Below are positions 53,490 through 64,000 of a DNA stretch of 64,000 bases, in pieces. Numbering within the stretch: the stretch's first letter is position 1; every line of letters starts with the position of its first letter. The DNA comes from Eledone cirrhosa. Its lineage: Eukaryota. Location: NCBI GenBank assembly GCA_964016885.1, contig OZ024740.1:82274001-82338000 (forward strand). The letters run 5' to 3'. The notes under the pieces were generated by a model. That model saw only the letters and a program-made list of their open reading frames with translations. It had not been told where the DNA came from and did no database searches. A program made the translations under genes and the position numbers.

Positions 53490-53587
53490 ACCCACTGATG
53501 AGAAAAGAATTGCTAATTTCCTTCGCTAAAAGTGCGAAACAGCCTGCCATAAGCCTCTGGGTTTTCCGGCAATTGTCCAATGTGGGT
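53490..53587 (+). ncRNA. Candidate hammerhead with extended stem III (family G), within repeat 53465-53825
   Basis: ACCCA-CUGAUGA...GC-GAAA-CAGCCUGCC...GGCAAUUGUC...UGGGU. The homologous minus-strand copy at 56910-57015 keeps both core boxes. Confidence 0.5.
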
Positions 53588-53824
53588 TTTTATTCATTTT
53601 CTCGATTTATTGTTTTAAATTGAGTCTGGCAAATAATATTGTTAATAATTAGTATTTTTTTCACCCTAGCCAAATTCGTCCCTTGCGATTTGAACACATG
53701 TATGTTTATATCTGTGTTTATCTCTCTCTTTTATATTCAATTATATTACACGGCTCAGAAAAACCTCTTTCTTTGATCTATTTAATTGTAAGAGACTATT
53801 TTGAGTTTGTATTTCTATATATAA

Positions 53825-53891
<67 letters not shown>

Positions 53892-54155
53892 GAGAAAAAC
53901 CACAGACCCTCCATCACAACTCTACTTTTGAAAAGCAAAAGAACTGTGAAACCGGTAAATGAACCAAATAAATATATATATTTTTTTTTAAATAAGACTC
54001 CAGTTGCATTTTCGATTTCATCTTTTTTTTCTTTATACTTTCCTCGTGTAGGACACCTCGGCTATTTTTCATTTTGTAAAAAAACCTCACTTTCTAATAT
54101 ATATCTATACATATACAATATATTGACAAATGGAAGCTATATTTATAAAACCATA

Positions 54156-54225
54156 TATATTTTATAATACATATTTCAAGGGCCACCAAGGCAAATTATG
54201 GTGCGCTTTCATGAGATAAAATATA
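54156..54225 (-). ncRNA. Hammerhead ribozyme (family E), G5C core mutation
   Basis: Minus-strand core reads CUCAUGA, otherwise as 56221-56290. Confidence 0.65.
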
Positions 54226-56220
54226 ATACAAATTTGTTTTATAAATAAACATTGACATACTCTGAAAAAAAAGACCACTTTAACGGGTGGAGCTTCCTGG
54301 ATAGTGGAGATATTACATTTATTGAGGGTGATAGAAAATTATGATTGAGTATGCAAATGAGTGTCTGAAAGTTTGAAAAGATAACGGTTTATTTAAATTA
54401 AACTGTTGTGAGAATGTGATATGTGATGGAGTGAGAAAAAAGAAAGGAAGAAAAAAAGAAGGAGCGATTACATATATTTTTTGACAGTGAAAATATTGTG
54501 AAGAGAAGAGCGTAAATATATTTTTAAGTGAGAGAAGATATTAGTTTTAAAGGACAAATAGAGCGTAAGTATATTTACGTGAGAGGAGAAATGAAGAACA
54601 GAATAGCGTGGAGGATTAATATTTATAATGCATGATTCGTTATGTTTTGATTATAGTATCTATAATGATAGGTTGAAAAATTAGATTAAAGATTTAATTT
54701 AATAAATTAATAATTAGTTTAAATGTTTATGTTAAGGATTATAAATTCATTAAAAAAATATATATTATTTTACATTAGAGCAAATCTAGTAAAGTTTATT
54801 TTATTAAAAGTTGTAAGTCAAAAATTTAAAACTTCCAAATAATTCTAAATTTATGGAAAATTTCAGAGAGTTTACAAAAGAATAACCACTTAGTTATATT
54901 ATAAAAACATTAAGGGAGCGTAAAGGAAGTTATAGGTGATTTATTAAGAACTCAGATGACTCTAAGGATTAAATGCTATAAAGTTAAGAAGTTAAATCTT
55001 CTATCTTAAGAATATAAATAGAACATGAACTTTATGTTATTTTATACGAAGTCATAAATTTACTTGCTATAAGGTTAAAAACATTAACAAAAATTTCTTA
55101 AGAATATATTTGAAGCATAAACCATAGGTTACTCCACATATATATACAAAATCATGTTTTTCCACATATATATAAACATTTGGATATATATATTAAACAC
55201 GTTTGAATATATAAGAATATAAAAATATAGTTTTTCTATATCTTACAAAGAAATTTTCAACAGATTTTCTTAAACCCCTGCGTAAGTTTTTCAAGAAAAA
55301 ATGTTCCTTAATGAAGTTTTATAATCTATCGATAGGTGTAATAATATATATGTGAATTAGAGATAATAGAAAATAAATTAAGTATATGAATCATATGTGG
55401 ATATAGAAGACAGTATGTAAAAGAGATAAGTCGTATATTACATTTTATATATATATTTAAGAGTTGAATTTAAATTTAAATTTATAACTTAACTAAACTT
55501 AAATTTATAACTTCCTTTACGCTCCCTTACTGTTTTATATAATATAACTAAGTGGTTATTCTTTCGTAAACTCTCGAAAATTTTCCATAAATTTAGAATT
55601 ATTTGGATGTTTTAAATTTTTGACTTACAACTTTTAATAAAATAAACTATACTAGATTTGCTCTAATGTAAAATAATATATATATATATATTTTAATAAT
55701 TTATAATCCTTAACATACACATTTAAACTAATTATTAATTTATTAAATTAAATCTTTAATCTAATTTTTCAACTTATCATTATAAATACTATAATCAAAA
55801 TATAACGAATCCTGCATTATAAATATTAATCCTCCACGCTATTCTGTTCTTCATTTCTCCTCTCACGTAAATATACTTACGCTCTATTTGTCCTTTAAAA
55901 ACTAATATCTTCTCTCACTTAAAAATATATTTACGCTCTTCTCTTCACAATATTTTCACTGTCAAAAAATATGTTATCGCTCCTTCTTTTTTTCTTTCTC
56001 TCTTTTTTCTCTCTCCATCACATATCACATTCTCACAACAGTTTAATTTAAATAAACCGTTATCTTTTCAATCTTTCGGACACTCATTTGCATACTCAAT
56101 CATAATTTTCTATCACCCTCAATAAATGTAATATCTCCACTATCCAGGAAGCTCCAACCGTTAAGGTGGTCTTATTTTTTTCAGGGTATGTCAATGTTTA
56201 TTTATAAAATAAATCTGTAT

Positions 56221-56290
56221 TGTATTTTATCTGATGAAAGCGCACCATAATTTGCATTGGTGGCCCTTGAAATATGTATAATAAAATATA
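56221..56290 (+). ncRNA. Hammerhead ribozyme (family E), intact
   Basis: Stem I UGUAUUUUAU/AUAAAAUAUA (10 bp), CUGAUGA at 56231-56237, GAAA at 56269-56272, stem III AUA(ug)UAU. Confidence 0.85.
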
Positions 56291-56378
56291 TATTTACTCC
56301 AAATCTGTTGAGCGCTTTATATCAGTTATAAAAATGTTTAAGCTTGTTGAATCCCAACCAATTAAATATAACCACTGC

Positions 56379-56473
<95 letters not shown>

Positions 56474-56623
56474 AAAATAAAAATAAAAATTAAGATGAAA
56501 CCGTAACAAATTATTTAAAAATATAAATAAAAAAGGACACAGAACTCCATGGTCATTGGCCGTTGAGATGTACTTTATCCATAAACATATGTATATCTAC
56601 GCATATGTATATATATATATATA

Positions 56624-56712
<89 letters not shown>

Positions 56713-56749
56713 ATATATATATATATATATAATTACATAATTATAATTG

Positions 56750-57452
56750 AATACATAATTATAATTGAATATAAAAGAAAGACGAACACAGATATATACA
56801 TATATGTGTTCAAATCGTAAGGGACCAGATTCGCTAAGGTGAAAAGAATACTAACTATAGATAATAAGGTTTGCCTGACTCAATTTAAGAATAAATCAAG
56901 AAAATAAATACAAACCGGAATTGTGGTAACTACCAATCACCCAGACCGCTTTCGGTACTGCCGTTTCGCAAAATTAATTGTGAATAAGAATGCCAATTCT
57001 TGCTCATCATTTTGTTAAGAATTAGTATCCTAGACACTTCTAAGTATATATAAGAAACTGAATAGTGTGCGTATATATAACAAGGCACATGGTATCTGAA
57101 CTTAGCGCGTCTCACAAACTTACACCATTAAAAATAGCACCCAGGTTTATTCGACATTTTGAATTAGCTCAACAAATTAACGGAGCCGAATATATCAAAG
57201 GTATATATTGAGTTAGCAACTCAAAATAGTCTCTTACAATAAAATAGCTCTAGGAAAGAGATTTTTGCGAGCCGTATATTATAATTGAATATATATATTA
57301 TAATTGAATATACGATTTGAACACATAAATGTATATATCTGTTCGTCTTTCTTTTATATTCAAATATAATATACGGCTCGAAAAAATCTCTTTCCTAGAG
57401 ATATTTTTTTGTAAGAGGCTATCTTGAGATTCTAACTCGATATATACCTTGA
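56750..57452 (-). mobile_element. Family G repeat with nested inversion and degenerate HHR (56910-57015, core AUGAUGA)
   Basis: Homologous to 53465-53825. 57310-57450 is inverted relative to 56761-56820 and 57200-57290. Confidence 0.65.
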
Positions 57453-58663
57453 GCTGCTGAGATTACGTAGTATTCTCAAGTGTATACATCGGCTGATTAG
57501 CCTCATTTGCAAACATCGCAACGCTACCATCGTCTTTGCCGGAAACTTAAACAAACCGAATATTAATAATGTTATGATATCCTTATAATATTATTATTGT
57601 TCACTCATGAATACACGTGGGTATCAACCACGTAAAGACCGAAAAAAATTCGGCAAATGTCGGACATAAATTCGTTCGGTATCCAAATGAGCCTACTCAG
57701 CTTAGTATACACCCATTTCGGCCATTTTGCTCTTGAAATACCGAAACGCCCCCTACCCTATTTTTTTCCATTTTTCAATATACTACTAATATTGATATCA
57801 GTAGATTACTGGGCCAAATCAAGTTATGTTAGATTCTTTTAAAAAATCTTGAAAAATACTCGTACGAATTAAATACAAAAAAGTTTCAGTCCAAAACAAA
57901 AGTAAACTATTTCAAATTATATATTTTTGAAAAATAGACGTGAATGTTCTCAGTCGAAAAATCTTTTATTTTAAATTCTATGTTAAACTGTTTGCAAGAT
58001 TTTGAGTAGATAGACAATTCTACAATTCAAACTGTAAAGTCAAAATAGAAAAGATGCAAAATATGAAGAATTTCTTACCTTTCTCTAGAATCACAAACTC
58101 AAGGGGAAAATAATACCTGGCAAAATAAAGTGGCTCGATCACAAACTTAGTTGCAACGAATGAATTGATATAGCAGGTGAGAGTGAGCAAACAATATCTG
58201 TATCCCTTATATATATATATATATATACACATAGATAGATACAAACACACACATACACGCACACACACACACACACACATATACACATACACAAACTTGT
58301 GTTGGTGCAGAAAGAATTTGGCTCCAGTTTTTATTGCCGGGTAAAAGGCCACTGCTTTTTTCAACGACGTCAAATAACAACGCCATATATCTAAAAAAAC
58401 AAATGATACACAAAACGCCAGCACCAACAGTTTTGCAAGAGATGTCAACATGAATGCACCTGTTATTTTTTATCTATAGACTTTTTTTCCAATTCCATCC
58501 CGCCCGTCCCCTCAATCTATTTTATTTCTCATTCTTTCTTCTGCGTCCGAAACGTTAAGACCCTCTTCCTGCTATATCAAGCGTTAACCTAATATATTCC
58601 TTCCAGACACTGTACCGATTGTGTTGTTATTTCTGTTTACCTTTTTACATACATACATACACT

Positions 58664-58741
<78 letters not shown>

Positions 58742-58828
58742 GAGAGAAATAGGGAGAGACAGAGAGAGTAAAAAAATGTGTGTGTTTGGTACACGTCTAT
58801 CAATCTATCTATATATTTATCTCTCCAA

Positions 58829-58880
58829 CAGGGGGGTGTCAAACATGCGGCCTGCAAACTACTTTTCTATGGCCCGTGTT
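58829..58880 (+). mobile_element. hAT-type terminal inverted repeat fragment
   Basis: CAGGGGGGTGTCAAACATGCGGCC...GGCCCG is typical of hAT/Charlie-type ends. A degenerate opposite end gttgagaaactttg lies at ~61056-61069. Confidence 0.5.
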
Positions 58881-58919
58881 AGAACCAATATTTCAGATTC
58901 CATTATAACTGGTGAAAAT

Positions 58920-59109
58920 AAGGCGGTCATTTGGTTGAATGGTTAGCACACCTGACGAAATGCTTAGCGGTACTTCTTCCGTTCAAATTCCGCCAACATC
59001 AACTTTGCCTTTTGGGTTCGATAAATTAAGTACCAGTTGTGTACTGCGATCGATGTAATCGACGAGACACTAAACCTCAAATTTCATCCCTGTGCCTATA
59101 GTAGAAATG
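58920..59109 (+). mobile_element. tRNA-derived octopus-type SINE with 18 bp target-site duplication
   Basis: A-box-like ggttgaatggttagc, B-box gttcaaattcc, then aagtaccagttg...gtgcctatagtagaa. TSD attataactggtgaaaat at 58902-58919 and 59110-59127. Confidence 0.85.
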
Positions 59110-59232
59110 ATTATAACTGGTGAAAATCATCACCCACCAGCACGTTTGGCACACTGTCCCTCTCCTCCTGGATGTAATGGCCCTTTTATGTCCTTCAGTT
59201 TGAGTCCCCTCTTCTACAAACATATGCACGCA

Positions 59233-59286
<54 letters not shown>

Positions 59287-59304
59287 AATGAATATATATA
59301 TGTA

Positions 59305-60385
59305 TTGCCACTGCATTTTAAGTTGTCTTAAATAGCAACTACGGGGCCATTTCTATTCTCCATATATTTCATCATGTTTTTCGCTGTGACCATTCTTCTC
59401 TCCCCTTCTACCTACCTATTTCGCCAGGTTCTACTCTCATCCCTCTTTCTTCCCCTCTCTTTCTCTCTATCTACACTTACCCCACTTTCTTCCTCTCCCT
59501 TTCTCCGTCTCCCCCCCCCCCCCTTCGTCTGACTGTTCAGCAGTTCTCTTCTCACTTACAACTGCGGTATCGTACGTGTGTCTTGTTCCTCTCGACTACC
59601 CAGTCTTGAACTTAAGTTCTCTTATCGAGTAGTCTTGGATTTCCTACCTATAGTTGCTCGCATATTGCTCGGTTTGTTGTTTGTGTTTCGCTGTTTAGTT
59701 ACTGTTTTCTCTTTTCTTCCCCTTTGCTTTCCTTCCCTGCCTCCTTCATTTTCCCAATAACTTATCCAGTTATTGATGCCCTGGGGTGAAGTGTTATCTT
59801 GTCTTTAAAGCGTAGAAATATCCGAGACCCACAGTAGACAACTGATGAGGAAAACGCCCCCTCCCACGTTCTTTCTTTCTTCGTATTCCCACTGCATTTT
59901 AAGTTACCTTAAATAGTAACTACACTGCCATTTCTATTCTCCATATATTTCATCATGTTTTTCGCTGTGACCATTCTTCCGTCCCCTTCTACCTCCCTAT
60001 TTCGCCATTTTCTACTCTCATACCTCATTCTTCCCTTCCGTTTCTCCCTATCTACTCTTACCCCACTTTCTTCCCCCCTCCCTTTCTCCCTCTCACTTTC
60101 ACCCCCTCGTCTGACCATTCAGCAGTTCTCTTCTCACTTGCAACTGCGGCGATCGGACGTGTTTCTTTTCTCTCGATTACTCGGTCTCGAACTTAAGTTC
60201 TCTTATCGATTTGTGTTGGATTTCCTACCTATAGTTGCTCGCACATTGCTTGTTTTTTTGTGTGTTTTTTCGCTGTTTTGTTACTGTTTTCTCTTTTCCT
60301 CCCCTTTGCTTCCTTCCCTCCTTCCTTCGTTTTCCCAGTAACCTATCCAGTTATTAATGCCCTGGGGTGAAGTGGTATCTCGTCT
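59305..60385 (+). repeat. Tandem direct duplication, ~580 bp period, pyrimidine-rich non-coding unit
   Basis: ccactgcattttaagtt occurs at ~59308 and ~59889, and the units align through gccctggggtgaagt. Confidence 0.85.
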
Positions 60386-60510
60386 TGTATGTATAGTATA
60401 TTTAGCAATATACCGTATGTTTAATTAAAAACAATTAGAAGACCACACGCTATCAGTTTTAAAGTAGTGACTATGTCACTTACCTGTATTCGGTGAAAGA
60501 AGGGAGAGAA

Positions 60511-60550
60511 GCTGACAGTCTGTTTCACGCTGGTTGGCGATCATCAGAGC
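60511..60550 (-). ncRNA. Minimal hammerhead ribozyme (family J)
   Basis: Minus strand reads GCU-CUGAUGA-U-CGC(caacca)GCG-U-GAAA-CAG(a)CUG-UC-AGC. Confidence 0.75.
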
Positions 60551-61310
60551 CACGTACTCCTCTGCATTCTTCGAAAGTTATAGAAGCTGGATTCTTATAG
60601 AATTCCAGTAATAATCAGGAGCTGATTATATAGAGTGATTGCCGGTCCAGCAAAAATTAGGTATTAGGATTGGTGCTCTGAAATAACGATGTATACATGA
60701 AGTATGTATAGTATATTTGGCTATATATATATATTGCCAGTTTTTCTTGTAACTGTTGTCATAGTTGACGTTGCCCTTATTTACATTTTCTTTGATTTCT
60801 TTCGTTTTTCTTCTATTTCTCTAGGGAATTCGTTGACAAGCTTCTTTTATTTATTTTCTTCGTTTTCTTCATTCAAATGCATTCACACTGGCTGACTCAG
60901 AGACATACAAATATGGCTTTAAAAAATTTACCAAATTAAAGAGCTTTCCAGCGCCTCCTAGCGCCCTCAAAGCTTCAAACGCCCCTATTACGCCCCCTTG
61001 ATCCAAAATGCCACCCTGGAGCACCGAAACTCCCCCCGTCGGGCATATACCCACTGTTGAGAAACTTTGCACTAGACAATACTACGTATTCTCCACAATT
61101 TGAAGAAATGAGAAAATATACAATCTTCACAAGGAGCAAGACAATCTGAAACAATTAACTATTGTCGATTGTCGATTGTCTTCTCTCTGTTACCGCGGGA
61201 ACAGAACCTTGATACTCACATCTACCCCTTAGTGTTTTATGAGGCTACTTAATTGTAAATAAAACTAATACTTATAATGTTATGATATTATCATAATATT
61301 ATTATTCTTT

Positions 61311-61530
61311 ATTGGTGGATTGTCAGTTTTGGTAGAGAGTCGGACGCCATGCTTTGCAACATAAAGTCACGGCCCTTTATGATCTGAGTTCAAATCCAGC
61401 CGAGGTTCACTTTGTCTTTCCTCCTTACGGGGTCGATAAAATAAAGTACCAATCACGCACTGGGATCGATTTAATTGACTATCCCCGCCCCACAAATTGC
61501 TGGCCTTGTGCCTAATAAGAAACCATTATT
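61311..61530 (+). mobile_element. Octopus-type SINE (diverged)
   Basis: gagttcaaatcc B-box, ggggtcgataaaataaagtacc, tggccttgtgcc, flanked by an attattctt duplication. A 3' fragment of the same SINE lies at ~44800-44860. Confidence 0.75.
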
Positions 61531-61756
61531 CTTCACTCACAATTACACTTAGATATCCACCACATTAAATGTGAAAACAAATTTTGTTTTATAATTTTCG
61601 CCAAAGCGGAAATAATTGTGAATTATAAATTGTGAATTGTCGATTGTTTTCTCTCAGCTACCGCTGGGACAAAAGCATGACGTCTTCATCTACCGTGTAG
61701 TGTTTTATGAGAATGTTTACTTGTAAATATATATATATATACAGCATATATATATA

Positions 61757-63600
61757 TTCGGACCTATCCTCTGATGAAATTAGAATAATACTATCTGCTA
61801 GGAAAACTATCATTAGGTTCGATAATAGATAATAGAAACAGACAGAATAGCTTCAATATCACTATGGGATCTAGCGACTCAGGTCAAGTAATATACATAG
61901 TTGTAATATATATAGCGCATAACTTACATAGGGAATTTAATAACATCCAAGGATGAATTTATAGAGACGATACACTCCTTTTAGCTAATAACTTAAATAA
62001 TCAAAACTTGGAAAGATTACGTAAAAACATTAGAATCTTCTTCAATAATCTAGGCCTAGGCATCACTTTCGAACTTAATTCTAAAAAAGATAACTTCTTA
62101 GATGTATCACTCAACCTAAACACAGGACTAATAGAGCCCTTCCATAAAAATAATTAAAATTTAGCATACATTAGTTATAACTCAAACCACCCTCGCTCCA
62201 TAATCGACTCTGTAGCACATAGTGTATCCCTCAGAATTTCACGCTTATCTTCTAACCTAGAGAACTGTTAATGAACACTTAAGTCAGGCCACAAGGAGAG
62301 GCTGAAATACATACCAGATAAATACAACAACAACCTACCTAACGACAATATCACCACCCACATCTATAGAAATAACAAATATAGGACTAAACATAGAAAT
62401 AGACAAGGGGCACCAGAAATAACTGATCCGAATACTAATATAAGGACCCCTAGGAACTATAGAACATCCAGGGATAGGAAATACTTATTGTTCAATCCAA
62501 TATTCAACTCCTCTATGAAAACCAAACTACCTTCTACATTCTTTAAACTAATTGACAAGCACTCCCCTAAACTTCACAAATACCATAAAATCTTTAACAG
62601 AAAAACTATCAAACTGACTTACTCTACTGCAGCATAACATAGAATCACACATACATAAAATTAACTATAGAAGAATATCTAATGAAAATAACCTACAAAA
62701 AAACACCATAACACCAAATACAAAACACAAACACACAACAACATCACAACCACACACACGTCAGAACGCATCACAACAAAACATCAACAAACCCAAATCT
62801 CAACCCATATATAACAACATACAAAACCACAACTGAGAACCTGCAGACAGGAAGGCCTCCAAATGTAACTGCCACTTACCGGATAAGTACCCACTACAAA
62901 ATAGTTGCCTGGAATCAAATATAGTGTACCTGTGTACTATAAATTCGGGCAACTTATAGTGACACTAAATAGGTTCTACGGCTCGGGAGTTAAAAAAACG
63001 ATGGTACATGCACAGACATTCTATGAAGAACCGTAGTGAACACAACAACGCTGGCCAATAAAATCTGCCAGCTTAAGGATACAAACCAAGAATACAGGAT
63101 TAGCTGGTCGAAATTATCGGGAGCAAAGGCCTACAGAAATGGAACGTCCCACTGCGGACTTTGAAATATGGAGCTGTTCCATATTTTAAAGTATGACAAA
63201 ATGCAGCTTAACAGCAAAATTGAACGATCAATTTTCTGTAGGCACAAAGAAGCTACTGAATTCGCAAAATTCAAACCAACATGATTCGATCCAATAATCC
63301 CATATTTCAAGCTGATCGACCCAGAGTCTATTATAATAACTACATACAAACTCACTATTATTAACTGTCAACAAACGAACTAATCACTAAGTCAACATCA
63401 TAAACCTCCTATCCTATATCTCTTAACCTCTAACCTAACTTCTAATTTAGTAATTTATCATTTATAAGTTAATTATCATTATATTCTTTCTTCCTACTCT
63501 AACCATCTGTGATTTAACCAATACATATATGTATATATTTAAAATTTATTTTCATATTAATAATATTCCTACACTCATCACATATGTATACTTACACACA
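61757..63600 (+). mobile_element. Decayed Naiad-like PLE: RT core, linker and GIY-YIG
   Basis: FNITMGSSDSGQV, LYRDDTL, NFLDVSLNL, YISYNSNHPRS, LLFNPIF, HKIFNRKTIKLTYST, KCNC, LESNIVYLC, AYRNGTSHCGL*NMELFHIL...FCRHK. Confidence 0.85.
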
Positions 63601-63622
63601 ATATATATATATATATATATAC

Positions 63623-63661
<39 letters not shown>

Positions 63662-64000
63662 GCTTTATATAGAAGAGTCTGTAAATCCTATTACCATTTA
63701 TGTGGTTTCTCTATTTAGATTCTTTATCCACTTCTGCATGAGCACGTCTAAATATTTCGTTACATTTTGTGCAACATGTGTAACCAGTTTAATCACCTAG
63801 TAGATAAATATACCTCAAGTTATTTTCTTATTTTCACCCGGTTATCACTATCAATTACCCTTACAACATGTTTGCGCAGATCTTTAGTCGTCAATATTTT
63901 GCTACAGTTGTGTAATATATGAAGTACATTTAAAATACGTTCTTTGTTTTCATTATAACTATACTAGCAGAAAACCATCCGAAGCATGTGTAGTGTGCAT

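Larger units (their letters stand above)
54110..56378. mobile_element. Family E PLE 3' regions forming a large inverted repeat (~780 bp arms, ~570 bp spacer)
   Basis: ~54157-54933 is the reverse complement of ~55506-56290, with an HHR at each outer end. Confidence 0.9.

Noticed and set aside
63962-64000. tactagcagaaaacc resembling another Helitron 3' end
   Set aside because: No subterminal hairpin is visible and the window ends.

Overview
AT-rich, microsatellite-saturated eukaryotic genomic DNA, very probably an octopus/cephalopod (two SINEs resemble the abundant octopus tRNA-derived SINE as I recall it). No intact host gene is visible, and almost all ORF-track entries are (TA)n/(CA)n artefacts or decayed transposon frames. 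The window is a mosaic of retro/DNA elements, most of them bounded by (TA)n tracts: at least two lineages of Penelope-like elements (PLEs; RT + GIY-YIG), CR1/L2-group LINEs (one near full length with a CCCH-finger ORF1), RTE fragments, a CRE-clade element with a PHD finger, a coding and a non-autonomous Helitron, a Sola2-like transposase relic, and hAT/mariner ends. The main hidden signal is about 26 type I hammerhead ribozyme (HHR) motifs in about 11 sequence families, found by eye on both strands. Some lie in PLE 3' regions. Others lie in non-coding 430-590 nt units repeated head-to-tail with 5' inversions (retrozyme-like). Several have unusual cores: a U3-A8 compensatory pair, a recurrent U-U at 10.1:11.1, and a long branched stem III. 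Also present are two zero-spacer palindromes, a ~780 bp-arm inverted repeat, a heavily decayed Toll-like receptor (LRR + TIR) pseudogene at ~45-53 kb not shown by the ORF track, and an in-frame TGA at a conserved Cys of a Naiad-like PLE. All calls are manual reading without alignment tools; element boundaries are approximate.
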